From contig JBDRDL010000050.1 in the NCBI GenBank assembly GCA_043820925.1, forward strand, positions 1 through 12,857: 12,857 bases of DNA, written 5' to 3'. The notes under the pieces are model-generated. The model was not told the DNA's origin, searched no databases, and was given only the letters and a program-made list of their open reading frames with translations. The DNA is from Methanobacteriota archaeon. Lineage in GTDB: Archaea > Hydrothermarchaeota > Hydrothermarchaeia > Hydrothermarchaeales > JACRDW01. Each line of letters opens with the position of its first letter. The first letter of the stretch is position 1. The translations under genes and the position numbers were made by a program. Below, in pieces: positions 1 to 7,161 of this stretch.

Positions 1-758
1 CCTCTATCCGCATCCTCGCCGACCGTTATATCCTTCATAGACTTCAGACCCATCGCCTTGGCAGTTTTTTCCAGCCCTAGCTCTATATCCTTGCTCAATA
101 CAATTATGTACGCAGCTACCTCATCAATTCCTATTTTGAGAGCTGCTAAGGCTCTGTGGTGCCCGTCGACAAGTACCATCCTCTCTCCTGATTTTATAAC
201 AACTATAGGCTCTGCCAAACCCCGCTTCAGCTCGTACTCCCTGCCACGGAACTCATCAGGCAGTATCCTGTTTTGAGTAGGTATCAGCTCGGAAATTTTA
301 ACCTTTGTCAGCCTGACTATGGTTTTTACAGAGTAGAGCTTCTCAAGAGATTCGGTAAGTTTCTTAATCTTGTCCGGGGTTACTCTTTCTATGTGCGAGC
401 GAATGACGTCTGCATTCGTGATTATGCCGATGAGCTTTTTGTTTTCGTCCACAACTGGAAGTCTGGAAAAACCACTGCGAAACATTACTCTCGCAGCGTC
501 TATCAGATTCGTCTCAGGGAAAGTGACCGCTACCTCTTTTGACATGACATCTCTAACTTTTTTACCTCCCCTGCGCAGAATCATGTCTCTGCTCGTGATT
601 ATTCCGATGAGATTCCCTCTCTCGACAACTGGAAAGCCGTCGTGAGCGGTCTCCCTCATTGTCTTAAAAACTTCCTCGATTGTCTGCTCAGGACTAACCG
701 TAATAACGTTGAGAGACATGTAATTTTTTACTTTCGTGTCCTTTATCTCCTGCGCCAT
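1..758 (-). CDS. CBS-pair + ParB/Srx-like (ParBc) domain protein, 3' end runs off the window
   Basis: Absent from the ORF track because there is no stop in the window. Manual translation from ATG at 758 gives MAQEIKDTKVKNYMSLNVITVSPEQTI...HDGFPVVERGNLIGIITSRD...FSRLPVVDENKKLIGIITNADVIRSHIER (two CBS motifs), then LIPTQNRI...GLAEPIVVIK...LVDGHHRALAA (ParB-like DGHHR motif). GAGG lies just upstream of the ATG. It overlaps the upstream gene by 16 nt. Confidence 0.9.
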   Translation of the reverse strand, partial: MAQEIKDTKVKNYMSLNVITVSPEQTIEEVFKTMRETAHDGFPVVERGNLIGIITSRDMILRRGGKKVRDVMSKEVAVTFPETNLIDAARVMFRSGFSRLPVVDENKKLIGIITNADVIRSHIERVTPDKIKKLTESLEKLYSVKTIVRLTKVKISELIPTQNRILPDEFRGREYELKRGLAEPIVVIKSGERMVLVDGHHRALAALKIGIDEVAAYIIVLSKDIELGLEKTAKAMGLKSMKDITVGEDADR

Positions 759-982
759 AAAACCTCGCCGCCTCTTCTAATTTCTCTTATCCTGTGATAT
801 GGTATCCTCGTCTCCATATTATTTCTTTCTATCACAAAAAAAGAGCTTTCAAATTTTATTATGCTTTCGGCTTGAACAGTCATTGCGTCGCCGGGAGCGC
901 CCCTGTGCAGGTAAACGATTTCAACTCCCTCAAGAGACTTCTGCGGATGCCACCTCAGCTCGTCCAGAAAGCGCTTAGCCAT
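743..982 (-). CDS. UPF0248/DUF504 (MJ1316-like, putative RNA-end recognition) small protein
   Basis: 79 aa with the family-typical LDELRWHP, Y.HRGAPG and IPYHRI.EI...G..LW segments. Overlaps its neighbours in operon fashion. Confidence 0.85.
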   Translation of the reverse strand: MAKRFLDELRWHPQKSLEGVEIVYLHRGAPGDAMTVQAESIIKFESSFFVIERNNMETRIPYHRIREIRRGGEVLWRRR

Positions 983-1601
983 AGAAGGGCTCTCCTTGCG
1001 CTAACGCCATTGCCTCAGCAATTGCGTTTTTACATTCTCTGTTCTTCGCTATATTTCCGTGCCCGGGAAGTAAAAGATTGAAATCCAGCTTCGAGAGCCT
1101 TTCAAGAGAATTGATAAGTTCCTCAAAATTTCCGCCCAAATCAGCCCTTCCAAAGCTGCCGTCAGAGAAAAGCGTATCTCCCGAAATCAAAATTTTTTTA
1201 TCTCTCTCATAGAGGCAAATGCTTCCGGGAGTATGCCCCGGAGTATGTATTACCTCGAATATATGCTCCCCCAGGTCTATTTTATCTCCCTCCTTCAGCA
1301 CTTCATCAACCTTCAGCGGAATTTTCTTGCCTGCCATTGCGCATGTGCCGTAGAATTCTCCGGAGCGCATCTCTGCAGCATCGCTTTCGTGCACCAAAAC
1401 TCTGCACTTAAAAAATTTATTGCCGCCGCAGTGGTCCAGGTGGGCATGGGTGTTTATTATCAAGTCTATTCTGCTTTTCTTTCTAATCTCATCAATAAGG
1501 TTGCCTGTACCAGCGCCAGTATCTATGAGTGCAATTTTCTTATCGATGATTAAAAAAACATTTGAATCGAAAGAATTGCTGAGTATCGGTAATATTGTCA
1601 T
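975..1601 (-). CDS. MBL-fold metallo-hydrolase (glyoxalase II-like)
   Basis: Motifs LIDTG, THAHLDH (HxHxDH), HTPGHTPG, SGDTLF and PGHG. Start moved from TTG 1613 to ATG 1601 because GAGGTGG (1605-1611) lies directly upstream. 208 aa. Confidence 0.9.
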   Translation of the reverse strand: MTILPILSNSFDSNVFLIIDKKIALIDTGAGTGNLIDEIRKKSRIDLIINTHAHLDHCGGNKFFKCRVLVHESDAAEMRSGEFYGTCAMAGKKIPLKVDEVLKEGDKIDLGEHIFEVIHTPGHTPGSICLYERDKKILISGDTLFSDGSFGRADLGGNFEELINSLERLSKLDFNLLLPGHGNIAKNRECKNAIAEAMALAQGEPFYG

Positions 1602-1609
1602 CTTCCACC

Positions 1610-2668
1610 TCAATCCAGATTGGTAAGTCCATTTTCCCTTGCTATCGCAAGTGCCCTTTCCATCTCGAAGCCTGTTACTCCCCTGCTTATTTCAGGTATT
1701 TTATATGCTTCAAACTCGGGTCTGTACTGCGCCATTACATTCACCCTTACTTCATTGCCTAAATTCTCCGCAATCCACTCTAATACAGGCTTGGTGCAGC
1801 ACTCCACGTGGTTGGGAAGTACGAGGTGGCGAATCAAAAGCTCCGCATGCTCTTTTCCTAACAAATGATTTCTTGTGATAATCTTCCAGTAATTCTCGAC
1901 TTTCGACAGCCGCTCTGCGCATGCGTCGTTTCCGTACTTAAAGTCAGCAAGATAAACGTCCACTATACCGTTCAAGAGCTTCATTGTTTCACTGCTCATG
2001 TACATGTTTGAGTTCCATACAACCGGCACGTTAACGTCCAGGCAGCGGAGCATATCAATAATTGTATGCAGATTTGGCGTGGGCTCTCCGCCGACGAAAT
2101 TTATATTCCTGCTGTTCTCAAGCATCCTGCGCCTTTTCGCTATCTCCGCAAGATGCTTTCCAGTTACACCTACTCCCTCCTCCACGTGCCTCGAGATTGT
2201 CCAGTTCTGGCAGTATACGCAGTAAAAGCTGCAGCCTATGAAGAAGAAAGTATGCGAGGGAACTAAGCAGGCTTCCTCGCCGAGATGCAAAAACTCTGAA
2301 GATAGGTAAGTGCCTGCATCTAAATTGCAGAACCCCTTCTTGCCCGCAGTTCTATCTGCGCCGCACCTGCGCTCGCAGAAGTGACAGGAGCTCAAAATCC
2401 TTCTCGCCAGCTCGAGCTTCAGGTCGAGCAGCGAAGTATTTGCGCTGAGTTCCTTCTCGGCATTGACAAATTCTTTAATCCTGCTGTCATGCTCTTTCCA
2501 GAGCTCTTCTTCACTGGAAGCCAGCTCTACGGAAGTTGGAATTGCCTTTGCCATCAAAAATTTGGCTGGCTTGCGATTGGTTGATACTTCCACATATCTT
2601 CCCAAGGCTTTTTTCACCCCTTCGTCCTCAAAAGCAAGGAGGGCGTCAGGGCGGATTAAACCGTACAT
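1610..2668 (-). CDS. Radical SAM protein, PflX-like (COG1313-type, PFL-activating-enzyme related)
   Basis: CxxxCxxC motif (CSFYCVYC), N-terminal CHFCERRC...GFC cluster, HLGEE, GGEPTP, WNSNMY, DVYLADFKYG and RHLVLP motifs. Confidence 0.88.
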   Translation of the reverse strand: MYGLIRPDALLAFEDEGVKKALGRYVEVSTNRKPAKFLMAKAIPTSVELASSEEELWKEHDSRIKEFVNAEKELSANTSLLDLKLELARRILSSCHFCERRCGADRTAGKKGFCNLDAGTYLSSEFLHLGEEACLVPSHTFFFIGCSFYCVYCQNWTISRHVEEGVGVTGKHLAEIAKRRRMLENSRNINFVGGEPTPNLHTIIDMLRCLDVNVPVVWNSNMYMSSETMKLLNGIVDVYLADFKYGNDACAERLSKVENYWKIITRNHLLGKEHAELLIRHLVLPNHVECCTKPVLEWIAENLGNEVRVNVMAQYRPEFEAYKIPEISRGVTGFEMERALAIARENGLTNLD

Positions 2669-2674
2669 TTTTTA

Positions 2675-3040
2675 TCACTTTAGCAGATATATTGCAAACA
2701 AGGCAGCAGCGACTCCGATAATTTTTTTGGCTGTGAAGTTTTCTTTGAAGATTATCAGCCCTGAGAGCGAAATAAACAGCATCGAGAAAATTATGACCAT
2801 TGGTAAGAATGCTGACAAATCTGCTTCTCTCAGCGGATAGAGAGTTATCAGCTTTGCAAGACCTCCCATGAGGAAGCTGAAGAGCATTGCAGCCAGTATC
2901 TTCGTCGGCAGTGACCAGAACTTTACCAGCTCAAAAAATCCTATATTCATATGTCCGTGAAATCTGTACTTCCAGAACGAATCTCCGAGAGTGAACAGCA
3001 GGGCAGCTGCCATCGCCATTGCAATGTAAATTCCTTTCAA
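2675..3040 (-). CDS. Small DMT/EamA-like membrane protein
   Basis: 121 aa with about 4 hydrophobic segments and a C-terminal LSGLIIFKE.FT.KKIIG signature typical of the DMT superfamily. TTG start preceded by AGGTGA (3045-3050). Confidence 0.72.
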   Translation of the reverse strand: MKGIYIAMAMAAALLFTLGDSFWKYRFHGHMNIGFFELVKFWSLPTKILAAMLFSFLMGGLAKLITLYPLREADLSAFLPMVIIFSMLFISLSGLIIFKENFTAKKIIGVAAALFAIYLLK

Positions 3041-3056
3041 ACTATCACCTTCTTCC

Positions 3057-4355
3057 TTAACCTACAACTCTAACGTCTTTGAATTGAATCGTGGGTGCAC
3101 GAACAGAGGAAACCTGTCTGTAATCCCTGCCGAATCCTTCGATTTTATTTAAAATGTCGAAAATATTTCCAGAAATAATTGCCTTCTTCACCGGCTTGCC
3201 GTCGAGAAATGCGTTTCTCGTTTCTACTGAAAAATCTCCTGAGACGGGATTCGAAGTATGGGCACCGATTAAGCCGTGCACGACCAGACCTTCCCCGCCA
3301 ATTCTTCCACTCTTCCGTAAGGAAGATGGCATACACACCAGCTTCCTGACGGAATTTCTTGAAACAATAAAGTTGGACGAATCTATGCTGGGCAGGGAAG
3401 CGTAGGAATCTCTCTCTGCGCTGCCAGTACTTTTTACTTTGCCTTTGTTCGCAGTATATGTGTCGTAGAGATAGCCCTTCAGCACTCCCCTTTTAACAAG
3501 CTCAGTTCTTTGCGACTTAACTCCCTCGGCATCAAATTTAGCAGTTGACAGCCCGTGCTTTATGGTGCCGTCGTCTGTTATGTTTAACTTCTCTGAGAAT
3601 ACTCTCTCGCCCAATTTTCCAGCCAAAACCGAGCGCTTGCGCTGCACGTTATCAGCACTGAATGAGGGAATTAAAACGTTTTCAAACAGCTCTGCTACAG
3701 CATGGGGCTTTAGAATCAAATTCGTGGTTAGAACTCCAATCTCCTTCGCATTCAGCGAATCTCTCGCAAGCCTTGCCGCTTCCTTGCCAACGCCTGCGAA
3801 GTCTAAATCCAGAGCCCTCGAAACCTCGCAATAAAAGCCAGATGATTTGCCCTCTGCCACCGTGTTTAGATAGCAGGCACAGGCAGTAGCTTTATCAGTA
3901 CCAGCGATTCCGTTAGAATTCCAAATCCCAACTTCCGAGAAAGACCAGGAAATTACTCCGGTTGTTGGAATTACGTTATAACTCTCGCACGGGCTGACTA
4001 AAACTTCAACAAATTCCATCGCATCTTCTACCTCGAGCTCAGCTATTTTCTTGTCATAAGTTCCAGCACGGCTGTATTTCTGTTTTCCTGGCAGAGAGAG
4101 GAACTCATCTTTTTCTCCAATTTTAGCTATGTCTACTGCTCTCTGCAGCACTTTTTCATCCAGATTATTTGAAAAAGCAAATCCCATCTTTTTGTCTTTG
4201 ATAACCCTTATACCATAGCCGAAATGCGAGCTTCCCCTAAAGGTCTCTACCCTGCCTTTTTTTATTCCCACATCATTTGAAATTCCTTTTGAGAAAAATA
4301 CCTCAGCCTCGTCTGCGCTCTTCATTAGGATTTTTAATGCCTTCTCTGCGTCCAT
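3057..4355 (-). CDS. tldE: TldE/PmbA family protein (non-catalytic partner of TldD), carrying a 14-aa repeat-derived insert
   Basis: Motifs AEVF, GYGIRV, ITDDGT, FDAEGV, GYLYD and GAHTSNPVSGDFS; no HExxxH. Adjacent to tldD. Start placed at ATG 4355 (MDAEK; upstream GGCGATAGT resembles the GGTGATAGT before the next gene) rather than 4376. 432 aa. Confidence 0.92.
   Translation of the reverse strand: MDAEKALKILMKSADEAEVFFSKGISNDVGIKKGRVETFRGSSHFGYGIRVIKDKKMGFAFSNNLDEKVLQRAVDIAKIGEKDEFLSLPGKQKYSRAGTYDKKIAELEVEDAMEFVEVLVSPCESYNVIPTTGVISWSFSEVGIWNSNGIAGTDKATACACYLNTVAEGKSSGFYCEVSRALDLDFAGVGKEAARLARDSLNAKEIGVLTTNLILKPHAVAELFENVLIPSFSADNVQRKRSVLAGKLGERVFSEKLNITDDGTIKHGLSTAKFDAEGVKSQRTELVKRGVLKGYLYDTYTANKGKVKSTGSAERDSYASLPSIDSSNFIVSRNSVRKLVCMPSSLRKSGRIGGEGLVVHGLIGAHTSNPVSGDFSVETRNAFLDGKPVKKAIISGNIFDILNKIEGFGRDYRQVSSVRAPTIQFKDVRVVG
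3313..3354. repeat. 42-bp palindromic element (module A) inserted in-frame in tldE
   Basis: TTCCGTAAGGAAG-ATGGCATACACACCAG-CTTCCTGACGGAA has 13-bp inverted arms (12/13 complementary). 3312-3330 matches intergenic 5799-5817 at 18/19. Confidence 0.88.
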
Positions 4356-4368
4356 ACTATCGCCAAAT

Positions 4369-4446
4369 CTACGCATTAAATATAAATACCTCAGCTTCTT
4401 CGAGGGAAAGTAATGGAGTGTAGTCTAGGAAAGGCAGAATGTCCAT
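4369..4446 (-). other. 25-codon small ORF coupled to the tldD stop (TAATG); possible relic of a tldE 5' end
   Basis: Translates as MDILPFLDYTPLLSLEEAEVFIFNA*. 4384-4401 matches 4296-4313 in tldE at 16/18 nt (EEAEVF vs DEAEVF). Expression unproven. Confidence 0.4.
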
Positions 4447-5792
4447 TACCTCGTGCCCCCAACCGTCGCAGTCGTTCTTATGGTTGCACCTCCGTCGCTT
4501 ACGGGCACGAGCTGCGCTGCTTTTCCACAGAACCCAATGTGCAGCCCGAAATCGCTGCCGACTGCATCTATGCTTTTCAATATTTCGAGAGTTTTTCCTG
4601 AAAGCGCAACATCCTTTATCGGCTTGGTTATCTCCCCGTTTTCAATCAAAAATCCCTCCTCTGCGCTGAATTGAAAAACTCCTCTCACAGTGTCAACCTC
4701 GCCTCCCTTGGAGCCCCTCAGGTATACGCCGTAACGAATATCCTCAAGCATCTCCTCTAATTCGAAATCTTTCGGCTCAAGATAGGTGTTGCTCATTCTG
4801 ACAATCGGCTGGCAGTTGAATCCCTGAGCTCTTGCATTGCCGGTGTTCTCCTGCTTTAACTTTGTGGATGTTTCCCTGGAATGCAGATAAGTTTTCAGCG
4901 CCCCATTCTCAAGTAATGTTTTTTTCTTTCCTTTTGTTCCTTCAGAATCATAAAAATAAAATCCGAAAGAATTTTCTAAGGCAGCATCGTCGTAAACGGT
5001 AACTAACTCTGAGCCAATCTGCTGCCCCAGCCTGCCTTCGAGTATTGACTCTCCCTGGATTACGTGGTCTGCCTCCACAGCATGCCCGAGCGCTTCGTGA
5101 ATAAAAACCCCGGCGAGTTTTGGGTCCAGAACTACTTTGAAATTCCCGCTCGGCGCTTCACCAGCATCCAGAAGCCTTATCGCTCTCTCAGAAGCAGCCT
5201 TTGCGGCATCAGCTGCGCCGTGCAGTGCTTCCAAACCTGCTACGCTTCCTATTCTCTCAAAGCCTGCCTGCACATTTCCGTTCTTCTTTGCGAACACCGA
5301 GGAGAACAGTGCCACTCTGGTATACTCTGCTTTTATGCTGCTGCCCTCTGAATTCAAGTACGAGGAATTTATTCTCGAATCAGAATATGCAAAAGAAGAG
5401 CTTACTACTTCTTTGTAGCTCTGCGCAACTTTCTCGGCTTGGTGCAAAATTTCTTTTTTTTCCTCTACGCCTGCGTCGAATGGGTCTATCTTCGGGACAG
5501 TCTTCACCACGTCCTCAATAGCAACGCCCTCTGCAAACTCGATTTTCTCTCCATTCCTGGCGATTCTGTAAGCCCTCTCTGCCAGCGCATATATGTCCTC
5601 CAAACTGTTAGAAGATACAAATCCCCAAGTTTTATCCAGTACCCTTACGCCAACTCCAAAAATCTCCCCTGAGGATACCTCCCTTGCTGTTCCGTCCTTC
5701 AAAATTATGCTGTTTGTTTCTATCCTTTGGATGGAAACGTCTATGAACCTTGCAGGAATATCAAAAATTTTTTTGAGTTTGTCAATATCCAT
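4446..5792 (-). CDS. tldD: TldD family metalloprotease
   Basis: Motifs GVGVRV, HEALGH (HExxxH) zinc motif, YDSEG, TGNARA, RMSNTY and the C-terminal CGK...VPVSDGG. Confidence 0.95.
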   Translation of the reverse strand: MDIDKLKKIFDIPARFIDVSIQRIETNSIILKDGTAREVSSGEIFGVGVRVLDKTWGFVSSNSLEDIYALAERAYRIARNGEKIEFAEGVAIEDVVKTVPKIDPFDAGVEEKKEILHQAEKVAQSYKEVVSSSFAYSDSRINSSYLNSEGSSIKAEYTRVALFSSVFAKKNGNVQAGFERIGSVAGLEALHGAADAAKAASERAIRLLDAGEAPSGNFKVVLDPKLAGVFIHEALGHAVEADHVIQGESILEGRLGQQIGSELVTVYDDAALENSFGFYFYDSEGTKGKKKTLLENGALKTYLHSRETSTKLKQENTGNARAQGFNCQPIVRMSNTYLEPKDFELEEMLEDIRYGVYLRGSKGGEVDTVRGVFQFSAEEGFLIENGEITKPIKDVALSGKTLEILKSIDAVGSDFGLHIGFCGKAAQLVPVSDGGATIRTTATVGGTR

Positions 5793-5798
5793 GCGCTA

Positions 5799-5887
5799 CT
5801 TCCGTCAGGAAGATGGCGCTTGCGTGAGCAAGACCGAATTGTCTTGCGCCTACCTTCGGTAATGCCAGTCTTCCTTGCGGAATAAGT
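5799..5887. repeat. Composite palindromic element (module A arms enclosing module B), flanked by 8-bp direct repeat ATGCGCTA
   Basis: Left arm CTTCCGTCAGGAAGATGGC (5799-5817) and right arm GCCAGTCTTCCTTGCGGAA (5864-5882) are imperfect inverted repeats. Inner 5820-5865 aligns with the reverse complement of 9122-9167. ATGCGCTA occurs at 5791-5798 and 5888-5895. Confidence 0.85.
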
Positions 5888-5900
5888 ATGCGCTAGTTTC

Positions 5901-5916
5901 ATATATATCTTTTAAG
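5901..5916. promoter_or_regulatory. Putative divergent TATA boxes for DUF1015 (+) and tldD (-)
   Basis: ATATATAT (5901-5908) lies about 22-29 nt before ATG 5930. TTTTAAG (5910-5916) reads CTTAAAA on the minus strand. Positional inference only. Confidence 0.5.
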
Positions 5917-5929
5917 CGAATACAATGGC

Positions 5930-7156
5930 ATGGTAGATGTAATGCCTTTCAGAGGCATTCGATACAGCACAGGCGACCTAGCAAAAGTAGTTGCTCCTCC
6001 CTATGACGTAATATCTGGCGAGGAGAGAGACGAATACTACAGCGCTCACGAGAACAACGTAGTTCGCCTAATACTCGGAAAGGAATTCCCCGGCGATGAC
6101 CAGAAAAACAACAGGTATACAAGAGCCGGCGAATACCTCGAAATTTGGATTAAGAGCAGAGTGCTGAAGCAGGACAGAGAGCCGTCGATATATATTTACG
6201 AGCAGGAGTACTGCCACAGAGAAGAGAAAAAAATCCTCAGGGGCTTCATCGCTCTGGTGCGAATAGAAGAAGGAGCAATACTGCCGCACGAAGAAACCCT
6301 CTCGAAACCTATAGCGGACAGGCTGAAGTTCATGAGAGCAACGAACGCAAATCTCTGCCCAATATACGCTCTCTATTCCGACCCGAATAAAATTCTGGAT
6401 TCTGTCTTAAAGGTAAGACAAAAACCAGCCATCGACACTTGCGACAGCAAGCGTGTAAGACACAGGCTCTGGAAGGTGAGCGATGCTGCGGCGATAAAAA
6501 AAGTAAAAAAAGAGATGAAGGATAAAAAGCTCTTCATTGCAGACGGGCATCACAGATGCAAAGCTGCTCTCGCTTTCAGAAATGAAAGCGGGATGCACGA
6601 CTACGTGATGATGTTTTTGACGAATATGGACAGCGGAGGCATTACGATTCTGCCTGCACACAGAGTAGTTCGCATATCCAATACCTCTAAACTTGAAAAC
6701 AAAATCAGGCGATATTTCGATTCGAAAGTGCTGAAGTTTGGCAGGAAAAATAAAAATGCCAAGATAAAAGAAATGCTCGAAGAAATGGAGAGGCAGGAGG
6801 GCAAGCATATTTTTGGGATGTACAGCGGAGGAAATGAATTTCGCCTGCTCACCTTAAAAGATGAAAAAATTTTAGACAGGATTATAAAAGGAAAATCGCG
6901 AGAATGGAAAAGACTGGACGTTGCGATACTCCATGTCCTGCTATTGAACCGGGAGGAAAAAATAGAATATGTAATAGATGAAAAGAAAGCGATTCAAGTG
7001 ATAGACGAGGGAAGGTATAACGTTGCCTTTTTCCTCAACCCCACAAAAGTAGAGCAGGTCAAAAAAATTGCGCTTGCGAATGAGAGGATGCCTGGAAAAG
7101 CGACATATTTTTATCCAAAACTGCTGACAGGATTAGTGCTGAACAAAATAAACTGA
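5930..7156 (+). CDS. DUF1015 family protein (COG4198-type; ParB/Srx-like DGHHR motif)
   Basis: Motifs PFRGIRY, APPYDVIS, YIYEQ, ILPHEET, IADGHHR, ILPAHR and MPGKATYFYPKLLTGLV. Confidence 0.92.
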   Translation: MVDVMPFRGIRYSTGDLAKVVAPPYDVISGEERDEYYSAHENNVVRLILGKEFPGDDQKNNRYTRAGEYLEIWIKSRVLKQDREPSIYIYEQEYCHREEKKILRGFIALVRIEEGAILPHEETLSKPIADRLKFMRATNANLCPIYALYSDPNKILDSVLKVRQKPAIDTCDSKRVRHRLWKVSDAAAIKKVKKEMKDKKLFIADGHHRCKAALAFRNESGMHDYVMMFLTNMDSGGITILPAHRVVRISNTSKLENKIRRYFDSKVLKFGRKNKNAKIKEMLEEMERQEGKHIFGMYSGGNEFRLLTLKDEKILDRIIKGKSREWKRLDVAILHVLLLNREEKIEYVIDEKKAIQVIDEGRYNVAFFLNPTKVEQVKKIALANERMPGKATYFYPKLLTGLVLNKIN

Positions 7157-7161
7157 GTTGC

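Noticed and set aside
1225..1247. Tandem repeat CC(G/C)GGAGTATG
   Set aside because: It simply encodes the conserved HTPGHTPG motif of MBL hydrolases.
1638..1651. CTTGCTATCGCAAG, a 13-nt exact match to module B (9155-9167), near the 3' end of the radical SAM gene
   Set aside because: It encodes LAIAR within an ordinary-looking C-terminal helix (ERALAIARENGL) with no sign of extra length or adjoining repeat sequence. It may be coincidental, so it is not counted as a copy but is worth rechecking with a genome-wide model.
5925..5936. Out-of-frame mini-ORF ATG GCA TGG TAG overlapping the DUF1015 start
   Set aside because: Three codons only and probably upstream of the transcription start, with no evidence of function.
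153..6556. 14/15-nt match between 153-167 (minus) and 6542-6556
   Set aside because: It reflects the shared DGHHR protein motif, not a DNA repeat.
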